Positions 12,452 to 24,362 of a stretch of DNA of 64,000 nucleotides are shown here, in pieces. How positions within the stretch are numbered: the stretch's first letter is position 1; each line of letters opens with the position of its first letter. A program made the translations under genes and the position numbers. The notes under the pieces were generated by a model. That model saw only the letters and a list, made by a program, of their open reading frames with translations. It made no database searches and was not told where the DNA came from. Source of the DNA: Adineta vaga (lineage: Eukaryota; Animalia; Rotifera); contig CP075492.1 of the NCBI GenBank assembly GCA_021613535.1, forward strand, positions 18,166,001 to 18,230,000. Reading direction: 5' to 3'.

Positions 12452-12739
12452 CACTCTAAATAAAAAAGGTAAGGCGACCGAATCCATCAAAAGGGTTTCG
12501 TAGATTTCAAAAGCTTCAGAATGCGTTAACAAATCGAAAGAAATGGTTTTCAAAATCTACGAAACTTCAAAAGGTTTCGTAGACGATGCTTCGGAGCGTG
12601 TACCCGCGGTCAGATTCTTTTTTAGGTTTCGTAGATTTTGAAAACCATTTCTTTCGATTTGTTAACGCATTCTGAAGCTTTTGAAATCTACGAAACCCTT
12701 TTGATGGATTCGGTCGCCTTACCTTTTTTATTTATAGTG
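12452..12739. mobile_element. MITE/foldback element, ~115-bp near-perfect TIRs, CACT termini, TA duplication
   Basis: CACTCTAAATAAAAAAGGTAAGGCGACCGAATCC... is mirrored by ...GGATTCGGTCGCCTTACCTTTTTTATTTATAGTG. TA at 12450-51 and 12740-41. Internal GTTTCGTAGA repeats. Confidence 0.92.
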
Positions 12740-12860
12740 TATGTTATACAGCAAAAATTTACCAACACTGTATTAGATATTCGCGGAGATATGAGGTATT
12801 CAAGAGAAATGCATCGTTTAAAGCGTTGCTCATTGAAGATACTAGTAGTAATTTACTAAA

Positions 12861-13943
12861 GCTTTAGTTAGTCATATTCCTTTGTATTTGTTGGCAAACA
12901 AGTTAAAATAGCTTTTCGCCATGAATTGTTTTCAGTGACGAAAAATAATAGTCATTTTCACCCACTCTTAGTGGCAAAACTACACGAAAAACTGTTACTA
13001 AATGTTCTCGAGTAACATGTCACTCTACATGTTTCAGTATATTGCAAATTTCTCTTGAACAGTACATGATCAAGGGCTGAAATTTGTACCGCTTATAGAA
13101 CTATTTGTGTAGCATCTTCTGCAAAAATTTCAGCCAAAATGAGGTACCTGCTCGAGACTTATAAAATGCGCAATAATCAAAATGTCGCTCTACAAAGTGA
13201 GTATAACCATCTTTTTTTTGAAAAGTTCTGCTGCTTTTCGTCAGAAATACAATTAATAAATAAAAACTTATTTTCGCTAGTTTGTTACTTGGAAAGTTCT
13301 CTTTCTTTTCGTATAGTCTGAAAACCACTAACTCTACAACAGCAGAAGCTAAGGTGGCATTTATGTCGCTCTACACAAAAATAAATAAGTGCTTGTCAAA
13401 CTATATGAACGTTAAACAAGTGAATGAAGAATGAATAAAACTTAAACCAATAACATGTTTCAATAGTGGGCTGAACGGTGAACAAACTATGATATTCGTA
13501 TTGATTTCTTCTTAATTTCTTATAGTCAAATTATTCTCTTTTTTGGTACATGTCATCAAAAAATAACATCTTTTTTGCAGTGTATCTTTCATAAGTCATC
13601 TATAGTATGAGATAGAGGACTGACATTTTGTGTAGAAGTAGGACACTTAGGGTCTACCATCCTGTAAAGAAATTGTTTAAATCGGCCGAAGAGACCAAAA
13701 CTTATAGGAAAAATACAGCTAAAATTCAATCGTACCAAAAAGTTGCAATTCCTTCATATATTCGAATCCAATATTCATAGAATTCTCGAATAGCATTTAT
13801 TGAGCAGACAGTAATTTAAAGAAACAATGAAGAATAACGGAAAATCAGTGGAGATTATTTTATAATTGAGGAGAACATAGACATTTAGATATCCTATGTT
13901 ACTGCTATCGAACTAAGTTGCATGGTATATGTCTGAATAAAAC
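12861..13943. mobile_element. Possible degenerate non-autonomous DNA transposon
   Basis: Weak 20-bp inverted termini (15/20 match) and an internal GCTGAAATTT...AAATTTCAGC palindrome at ~13075-13134. No credible ORF. Confidence 0.3.
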
Positions 13944-13952
13944 ACTGATAAC

Positions 13953-15338
13953 TTAATCGTAATCATATTTCGAATAATCAACCCAAAATCTAGCCACTGT
14001 CTATATAGAGAATTGCAGATGTATATATAAGAGAGATGATAAAAGACGGAAGCTTACGTTATAGTTCTGCAGTGTATCAACCAGATGTCTTTGTTGTTGA
14101 ACTTCAATTGGATTTTGATTAAGATCGACTTCAATAAGAGTCTATATGTAGATTTGTAAATGAATGTACTAAACAGGGAATAAAATAATGATAATTACTC
14201 GGTTGATCCTTAATGCATCAGCTAGATATTGTGCTCTTTCAGCTCCGCATCTATTAGCTCCAATTTCGAGTTTAGCGAGTGTCTGCATCAAGAATTATAG
14301 ATCATTATGCATATTTACAATACATTTAAGACAGCGAAGATTACCACGTTGCTTTTCAATGCATCAGCCAAATATTGCACCCCTTGATCTTCCATTCGAT
14401 TGGCATACAGATTAAGGTCCTCGAGTGTCTGTTATTAGATTTGTAGAGAAATGTATGTGACAGTTTATTTGATAATGAAAGTTACCGTATTGTACTTCAA
14501 TGCCTCAGCCAAATATGCTACTCCTTTATCTCTAATTTCATTGCATTCGAGTTTGAGTGTTGTGAGTGTCTGTATGGAAAGTAATAAGTGGATATATGAA
14601 ATAGATGGTGCGATGGAGTAGATTACAGTATTGCTCTTCAATGCATCAGCCAGATATTTTGCTCCTTCATCTTGAATCTCATTCGAATTGAGGTATAGTT
14701 CATGTAGTCTCTGCATATAAAACTGTTTAACAAAAATATGCGATACATAAGAGAAAGAAGAATACCGTATTAAATTTTAATCCATCAGCCAGACATCGTG
14801 CTCCTTGGTCTGTGATTCTCGTGGCTGCAAGATACAATGTCGTGAGTGTCTGTATGTAAAATAGCGGATGAACACATGATATGAATAACAAAATAATAAT
14901 GTTTACTGTCTTGCTCTTTAATACATCACCCAAAGATTGTGCTCCTGTAGCTCCGATTTTACGATAGGAAAGCTTCAATGTCGTGAATGTCTTAATGTAA
15001 TCCTGTAAATCAATATATAATAGTTAATGATGGATGAAAGAGATGAAAGAAAACTGTAACACATATATCATGTGAGCAGTGGCCTTGGTGACGTTCTCTA
15101 TTACACTTATACTTACTTTTCCTCTTAAGAATTCGATACATTATACGATAGATATAGTGATATTTCAGTTTGAAAAGTCACTTACTTGATATCGATCATA
15201 TGAATCAATAATTTTGTTAAACCGTTGACAAACATTTCTCATCGCCAAAACGAAATTAATCTCACTTTGATGATCCAGAATTCGATAGAAAATTTCAACT
15301 GTTAATGTATGAAAACAAGTAGTGTTTAATTTCGACAT
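13953..15338 (-). CDS. F-box-like + ribonuclease-inhibitor-type (NLRC3-like) LRR protein
   Basis: The first exon encodes MSKLNTTCFHTLTVEIFYRILDH...MRNVCQRFNKII. Seven ~84-nt phase-0 exons follow, each one 28-aa LRR (e.g. RLHELYLNSNEIQDEGAKYLADALKSNT). The last exon is TVARFWVDYSKYDYD*. Confidence 0.85.
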
Positions 15339-15516
15339 TGATAAATGATATAGAAGATGTGTTATTGCTTTACACTAAATATATAGAATTTGACAGTTGT
15401 GTAGGTTTCCTCCAAAATAAATAGTTTATTTTCTCTCATGACCAATAATTTTTTCTTGATAATGTTATCATTTGTTTGTCAAGCAATAATGAAACGAAGA
15501 AAAATGCGTTACGAGT

Positions 15517-16607
15517 CAGAGACCGGCGGGACAAGGATTTTTCTGTCCCGTCTCGTCCCGCCTCCTACGAAAAATTTTCAACAAGATATTTTAAATAAAC
15601 AATCATTAGCTTAATATTTTTTTCTATATATCGCTATTTATTTTCAAACTGTATCTTATTATATATTTTCACAATGGATTTGCTCTATATGGTTGAAAAA
15701 TATAAATTCATTCGGACCTATGAATAAAATCTGAGAAACTTCTATTGCTACTACAGAAAATATTGTAACTATCATTCGTGTAGCAAATGTATAAAATATA
15801 AGCGGTTGATAAATTTATAGGAATAAAAAGATTCAGTTTTTTCCCATACAGACAGTTTTGGAAAGCTCAATGAGCTCTATTAAATTCTATCTTCAAAGAG
15901 TTTTTTCTATTATACAGGTGTCTATATATATAGAGAGAAACAGTGATAGAAAGATAGATACATAGTACTCGCCTTACGCTATCAAATGACGAAAAAACAA
16001 TCGAATCGTCTGAGATCCGAATTATCCTAACGAGAAAACTTCCAGCAAATTTGTAACGATATTCAGAAATAGAAAAAAGGTAAAGCAGAGTTTATGATGG
16101 CAATGTGCATAACCTTGATGCAGTGTAGATGTCTTATAACAGTTTCTAGTATGTTTGTTCACGATCTTTCATATTAATTTAAAAAAACTACTGTATAATA
16201 AAGAGTTAAAGCATATGCAGTATTTTTGATATTATTAGACTGAAATAGTTCAACTTCATCAGATAATCTAAATATATGGCTCAAAACTAAAAAGTGAATC
16301 AAGACTTTTGATCATCACTATTTGAATAAAAACATACGGTTCTAAAAAAGGTCATTTTTTCTTTTTGTAGAAAAATAACGAATAAATATTTAACAGATTT
16401 GGTGCAATTAGTGATAAAAGAAATATTTCTACATTGAAGATAAAAATAATAAATTAGATTATTCTCACAGATATTCTGAGAAAAATATTAGTGCGGTACA
16501 AAAATAAAAGAAATATTCCTCGCGGGACAATTCAATATAAATTTTATCCCGTCCCGTCCCGTCTCGTCCCGCCCTAAATCTTAAATTTTCTGTCCCGCCG
16601 GTCTCTG
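15517..16607. mobile_element. Non-autonomous hAT-type element, 1091 bp
   Basis: 17-bp perfect TIR CAGAGACCGGCGGGACA. Perfect 8-bp TSD TTACGAGT at 15509-16 and 16608-15. Subterminal GTCCC repeats. It sits ~180 bp upstream of the F-box/LRR ATG. Confidence 0.93.
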
Positions 16608-17728
16608 TTACGAGTCACCTATGATTTCGTATTATAAATGAATATCTCCATGAGGGTTAAAGTGTGTGTAAATTTTTACTCATCACACGTTCACACCCAC
16701 ACCCACCAAGATGTTCCACCAAATTTATATAAATTCGTCAGAACCAATTGTAACGATGCAATAAAATCAAGTTCTGACGACATTCGAATTAATTTATGTA
16801 AAAAGAAATTCAATATTATTTAGTGCGCAACAATCTATCCTTCGCTTTTTTCTAACACTATTAACGGATTGTTGGTTGCATATTATGTATGCGTATATAT
16901 ATATATATTTATATATGATGCGCATTATAATAATTATTTTACATCTGTAAGGAAGATCGAGGTAAAAACTATAGACGTTCGTTTATTATATCTTAGAGAG
17001 GTGGATGAAAGTATATTAAAATATTTATCGTATACTTTTATGTCATGAGAAAAAGTTCATTTCGGCGTAAACTCAATGCTCTTTTAATTAACAATGACAG
17101 TCATCGAGCATTGGACAACAGATACCCATTTTGAGGGTATGGGTGTGTCTTATGGTCAGAAGAATACCCACATCACTATCACCAATGTTTTCATAGTAAT
17201 TGTTTAGATCCAAAGAAAGATTAACATGATCTTAGTATTACCAAGAAAAACCAGAGAGAGGTATCTGGGTGAATTTCATCCAATTCATCTTTCTATTGGT
17301 TAACATTTTCGAGGGTCGGTGTGGGTGTAGATATGGGTGAAAACGATATAGCCACACCCACACCCTCAAGATCTGTTTTGTCAAAAAGCAACGTTTTTTG
17401 CTTCAATAAATACTCATTAAAATACATCTTTATTTCTATATCATGTTTTTCAGTCCGGAAACTAATACTTTATACTAAATGAAAAATGTTGAAGCGCTGA
17501 ACAAATTCTTCTTTTTTTTATATAAAAAAATATGTTATTAGTGACAAAGATGTGTTGTAAAAGTAAGTAAATATTGTCATAAAAATTAGTATCGATTGAA
17601 CAAAATATTGTGCATATTTACAAAGATAAATCGTTTCGATCTTTGAAATTTTATCTTGGCATTTATCTACTACATTTGATTATTTTAAGAAATTTGAAAA
17701 ACGACCAAGATTAATCGATATTTTCATA

Positions 17729-20700
17729 ATGAAATCAAAAGATATTCTTCAATGGTTTTATCGATGGATACATAATTATAATCTATTTATACCTGATGAA
17801 GATGAATATGATAATGAAGATACTCAAACTATAAATCCAGAGATAATTTTAAAACATCAAATATATACTACTCGTATATATATTTCTCTTCTTATTGGTA
17901 AGTAATTATTTTAATTTCAAAATTAATTATGTTTCTATTATTCATTTCAGTATTTCTCTATATTCTCTTTGTTATTGCGTTGGTATTTCCACAAACTCGT
18001 GTAGTCACCATCGAACATATCACTCCAATCATCTTCAATAAACTTCAAAATGAACATGGTGAAACACTTTCATGTTCGTGTTCGACAACTATTATGTCTT
18101 ATAAAGACTTTGTTACCAACATAGTCTTATTTCATCCTTTATGTTCAAGTAATTTTGTCAGTGAAAAATGGATTAGAGCACTCTATCTATCTTATTCAAG
18201 TATATTCCTGATAGAGGACTTTCGAACAACCGCTAGTTTTCAAGTCAGTGAATTTACATTGTAAAGATATGAGAAAACCTTACTTTTTCATCTAGTTCAA
18301 GCTCCTTGCCGCCCTATGTTCGCTCTCCAAACGTATTGTTTCCCAAGCGTTGATTGAACTTGATAATACTCAACTGATTACCATCCAACTTCTTTCAGAA
18401 AATAATGTTCGATCTCAAATTAATGGAAATGTTGGATTTACTCAGTCTATTATACCTAGTCAGATCATTATACCTGTGAGGTTTCTTCAAATAACCACTA
18501 TATCAAACTCTTTGATTTCTGCTCTCAATACAAATATAATGGTTCGTGCGATAATAATGGATCGATCACCTTTAGTAGAAGCAGAACCTACAATTTATTA
18601 TAATACAAATGATCCCGATGGAAGATATTTCATTGCAGTTTGTGGTCATTTTACAAATTCAATTTCTCCAGCTGGTTTCTATTCATCATTATCATTCTAT
18701 GAAAGCGCAGAAAATCATCAACGTTGGTGTAACTATGCTCCTTTCTTCGAACCAATTGCTTCTTCAATGGTCAACGGATTCTTTGGAGGATGTATTCCAT
18801 TAAATGCTGTCCTAGAGAGTACATTTGATTGTCTGTACAATAGCAGTTGTCTTAAAGTCTTTGCCTATTATTTTCCTAATCTCAATCAAGTATATACGAT
18901 ACATTCTTTTTTCATCATCTAAAACTTCACTTAATTTAGACAGATTTCAATTGGACTATTCCTCTTCTATCATCTAATCGACAAAGAAGTTCTATAGATG
19001 GTCTTTTGTTTGATTTATTTGTAGAAGCATGGACAATAGAGATCAATTATTCAACATATTTTACCAAATGTGCTCCTAAGTTTTGTACATATACAGAAAC
19101 AAATCAAGTTAATTTTGTTTATACAATTACTCTCTTAATTGGTCTTTATGGTGGTCTCACTATTATCCTACGTTTAACTTCTAGTTCTTTAATTGATATT
19201 TCAACCAAATTCAAACCTTGTTCAGAAAATAATATAATATATAGTCGAAAATTTATTATATGGATAAAACAATTAAATATATTTAAGTCAGCAAATGAAC
19301 GAAGAGATATTGATATCAAACGGCAACGTATCATCACTCGTATTTATTTTATTTTACTTGCAAGTATGATATAAGTTTATTTGCTATTATCAGAGTATAA
19401 ATTTAATTGTTTTATTTTCTATTAATCAAGGTTCGGTTACTATTCTCATCCTATTTACATCGTTTGATACTCATTTTGCGTCAATTACAGTACAAAATCC
19501 ATCAATAACTGCATATAAAAATTTACAGAAGTTGTATTCAACTTCACTGATATGTCCTTGTAAAAATGTGTCAATACCTTACAATACATTTATCTCATTA
19601 TCTCCAATTTTACATCAAGTATGTACAAGTGATTTTGTTACATTAGATTGGATTCTAATGTTACTTTCAATAGAATCATACGTAATCCCAAGTCTCTATA
19701 TACCCTGGATTTGGCGTGGTCTCGATGGTCGGCATTTTATGTTATTACTGCTTCTCTGTGAATTTTCGGAGAATGCGATTATTGAAATTATTTATCGTTT
19801 TGGTATGAGATTGTTTGTTACATCAAATGTTCTCACTGAAACTGAATTTAATATTCAGCTAAATACAACTTTCAAACAATTTATTCAACCATTAATCGTT
19901 CAGTTTGAACTTATTATTAATACTACACATCTTTTTACTCAAGTGGATCAACCTTATACGGATTTTGGCAATGCACGATTAGTTGGAAAACCATCGACGG
20001 ATGACCAGGTATTTATGTATTAATTATTATATTTTATGGGTTGTAAATCTATTTGAAGTGAGCACAAATTTTTGTATTGATTTATAATGGGTGTGGGTGT
20101 GGGTAACAGAAGATATGAATACCCCGCACCCAAACCCACGCCACTGGCCAGTACCTCGAATATTTCATGGAGTCACGAGATCTCTTTTAATAGATGATCA
20201 AGTATGATCTTTCTCTTTTCTTTAGTTTACATTCGATTTGACTGGCGTAAAAAATACAAATTCAACATCTGTTGACTGTATCTGTGCTACTAATCCAAAT
20301 TGTCAAAGTACAGTTGCTCTCTATGGATGGAATAGTACAGAAAATGATGACCTAGCGAACACTTTACCGTATTTTGTGCCCGGTATGATTGAAGGTTGTT
20401 TTGTTATGGATACTTTTTTATTATCAACACTCGAATGTTTCTATTTGGATTCTTGTCTATCAGTTTATCGTTATTACGTATCTAGATTATTAAATTTTAT
20501 ATACCCGCACACAAAATGGATGAATGTTCATCCTCTTATTGATCAAGTATCTAGTCGTTTCCCTCGGAACACTTCTCTTTCAATAATAGTGAAAGAAATG
20601 ATGGTCGAAGAATGGAATCTATTGTTCTCCTTTGATCGCTATTACAAAGTTTGTGCACCGAGTTATTGTACTTATACTGATACAATACATTCTTACAGTG

Positions 20701-23700
20701 TGATTGGTATAATAATAAAACTTGTATCCATGATTGGTGGCCTTAGTGCTGCATTACGACTACTAACACCTGTGTTGATCAAATTTGTTATTTACTTGAT
20801 AAAGCTGAAAGTTAACAGACAAGTACAAGGTAGATATTGATCATTCGAAATATATCATTCACTTTCAGAATAAATTTTTCATTTTTATTTTTTTTACACA
20901 TTTTTAATAATGTCCTTCTTATTTTAAGTTCATTTACAGTTGTCCACACGAATTAAAATGATATTACAAAACACAACGACATTTTTCTACAACAAATTGA
21001 TTACTCTAAACATCTTTCCTGTACGAGCTTTTGGAAGTAATATGGATCGAATTCAAGCCAAGCGTCTTGGTCAATACGCTACTCGTCTCTATATTGTTCT
21101 TTTCATAATCAGCATTACTATTCTCGGTCTCTCCACCATCGTACAGCCTCAGATTTTAACAAAAACGTTTGTTAAACCATCATTAAATCTTTATCGTCGT
21201 TTGGTAGTTGATTATGCTGGTACACTTCAATGTTTTTGTTCATTAATTTCATCGCCTTACGAACGATTTATTGAAATTAAATCTGAATTTCATCAGGTAA
21301 GTATTGAAAATATCGAAAAAAGAATCTGAAATTAGTCTCAATTATTATCTTTATGCACTAAACTATAGATTTGTTCCAGTCAATTTGTTTCGGATGAATG
21401 GCGAACAAATCTTGTAGTAAATCTCGTTTCTAATCTTTCAACCTACGACGTCCTGGATTATCGACGTTTTTTATCAGCTCATCTGCAACTTCTTACCGGA
21501 TTATGTGCACTTTCGATTCAATCAGTGGATGATGCTATTGTTCAGTTTCTTTCTTCAAATTTTATTACCGTCAAATTGATGTCACAGACAATTTTTGATG
21601 AAAATATTAATTTACTCATCAAACAGAGTAAATCGAATGCACCTATAGCATTTGTACGTTTTATCAACTTACTTCGAGAGATAAATCAGGGCAATGCAAT
21701 CGTTTCGACTTATTATACTAATTTCAAGTACATCGCTCCCTATTATATGTATGGTTCGTTTGGAACTCCTCTCATCACTGAAGCAATAAACTATGATAAC
21801 AATTGTTCTTGTGCATTGGATGAAAACTGTACTACTCAAGCTGTCTTTATTCTGACAGATTCATCTCGAAACATTTCAATCAAAGGTCTGAAAATGGGTT
21901 GTACGCCAAGTGAATCATTTCTTAGTTCGACTCTTGAATGTTTTTATCATTCATCGTGTATCACTCTTATTCATCAATATATAATTGACATTAGTTCTGA
22001 TAATAACACAAGTATTCCTTCACCGCTCTCTATAACCAATAGTCGATTCTTAATGAACACTTCTGTACATGATCTTGTCAATAAGCTTTTCATCGAAGAT
22101 TGGTTTATAGTAATTAATTATTCAGCATATTTTGCTCAGTGTTCACCCATGTTGTGTTCATATACGTACATTCAAAAGCTCAATCCGTTGTATTCTATTA
22201 CTCTTTTACTCGGTCTGTATGGTGGTTTAACACTTATTCTCAAGCGTATTTGTCCAAAAATAATTCATCTCATATATAAAGTGTACAAATATCGAAAGAA
22301 TAAAACTAATTTAATACAACCAACATATTCTGTAGAAATGACGACTATTTATACTACTACTGACGATTTACAATCGATTTCTACAACTTTATTATCGCGG
22401 TATATCATTATTCTTTTAGATTTAATCGTAAATCTATTTCTGATTAATTTAGAACTAAATTACTTTCAACAGTATTATGCTTTTTCGTCTTTGGAATGAT
22501 AGTATTAATGCTTATGGCTGCGACTATCATCGTTCCATCTGTTTATCTAAATCAGCAACGGAAAAATCATGCTATACTGCCACGTAAGACATTCTTCAAA
22601 AGAGTGATTTCATGTATCTGATTCAATATTAATCAACTATCTGTAATATTTCAGAATTTCAAATAGACTCGACAGTGCACACAACACTAGAGATGAATAC
22701 TTCGATAGCAACAGCCTCTACATCTGCAGGTGTGTATATTATTAATAAATATCTGTTGTGAGATTGTGGATGCGAATGTAGTAAGTAAGATTAATAAAGA
22801 ATGCCGGCAGCCACACTCAATAGCTCTAGTTATGACGCTGATAATAACCATCATTATTTCTGTTTTTTTAGTAACATGTAATTTAACCTTTCAAAAAATG
22901 ATTTCCTATTCAACTGGCCGTAATTCAGGAACATACGCAATTATTGTTGCTGATTTTAATCGTGATCGTCATTCAGATCTCGCTTTCGTCAGTTCGAATA
23001 CTGACAGTATAGGTGTATTCTTTGGGAACAATGATGGAACACTCCAGGCACCACTAATGTATCCAACTGGGACTAGAAGTGAACCTCGTTCAATCGTTCT
23101 CGGTGACTTTAATAGTGATGGTCGTCTAGATCTCGCTTTCGCCAGTAATACAGGATTTAATGTAGGTATTCTTTTCAGCAATGATGATGGTAGTTTTGGA
23201 CCACTGACGACATACTCAGATGAAGTTAGTAGTGCTACATCCAATCTTGTTGCTGGAGATTTCAATAATGACAAATATTTAGATTTAGTTATCATCAATT
23301 ATTGGGCAAATGATAGAATACAAGTACTTCGTGGTAGTGCTAATGGAACATTTATAGTACAAACATATTTTAATCCTAGTATCTGTGATGGATCATCCTC
23401 GGTTGATATGGGTGATTTTAATCATGATGGACAACTAGATCTTATTTTTACTGATTACTTCGGTGATTATATGTGTGTTTTATTCGGAAATGGAAGTGGC
23501 TATTTTAACGAATCAGCTAGTTTTTCAACTGGATTCTATACTAGTTGGAAGGCGATCACTGTCGCTGATTTTAACAATGATCGTCAGTTGGATGTCATCA
23601 TAGCGCATGGAGGAGGCACGATAAAAGTTTTCCTTGGAAATGACAACAGAATATTTGAAGAAGGCATGATATATTCAACTAGACAATATGCTTCTCCAGG

Positions 23701-23983
23701 CATGTTAGTTACTGGTGATTTCAACAATGATAACTGTTTGGATATTGCTTTTGTAAATACGGGTATGCTTAATGTCGTTGTTATTCTTGGAATAGGAGAT
23801 GGAACTTTTCTTGCACGAACAATGTTTTCGATTGTAACGCCAAGTATTCCGTCAGCAATTGCTTCGAGCGATTTCAATAACGATGGCAGATTAGATCTTG
23901 TTATTGTGGAAAGCTGGCAATACAATGTCACTGTTCTACTGAACACTTGTGATTGCTGTACATCGAAAATTCCTAATTATTAA
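17729..23983 (+). CDS. Multi-exon membrane protein: three tandem TM-(Cys-rich ectodomain)-TM modules + extra TM + 7 FG-GAP/VCBS repeats
   Basis: ATG at 17729. Each of these motifs appears three times: TR(I/L)Y-TM, CxC, CxSxFV..W, GC..L.ST.(D/E)C(L/F)Y...C, E.W....YF..C.P..C.Y and TM-GGL. The last exon has seven DFNxD..LD repeats. Confidence 0.8.
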
Positions 23984-24362
23984 TGATATGGGTGTGGATG
24001 TGGGTGTGGGTATATCTTCTACACTCACATCGATACCTTCCCACCCATACCCACACCCTAAAGATGGATCATGTGAAGAAATCGAAAAAATAAAAACTGC
24101 TCGAATTTTAATCTGTGCCAGCCCTACTACAGGATTTCATAGGATCTCTACCTCGAATGCCTATCAGATGTGCAAGCTATCTGGTAGGATTCCGATTCGA
24201 TACCAATCGGACCCGAATATCAGATTTTTTCACAAAGTGCAAAAATTCTCTCTTTCTAATCGCAATGTAGAAAAAAACCAGTTCGAAGGACTATGTTGTT
24301 TCATTTATATTTCTTGATTTCAATTTGAAAAATGTCTGAAAAATGGACAACATATACTTTGC

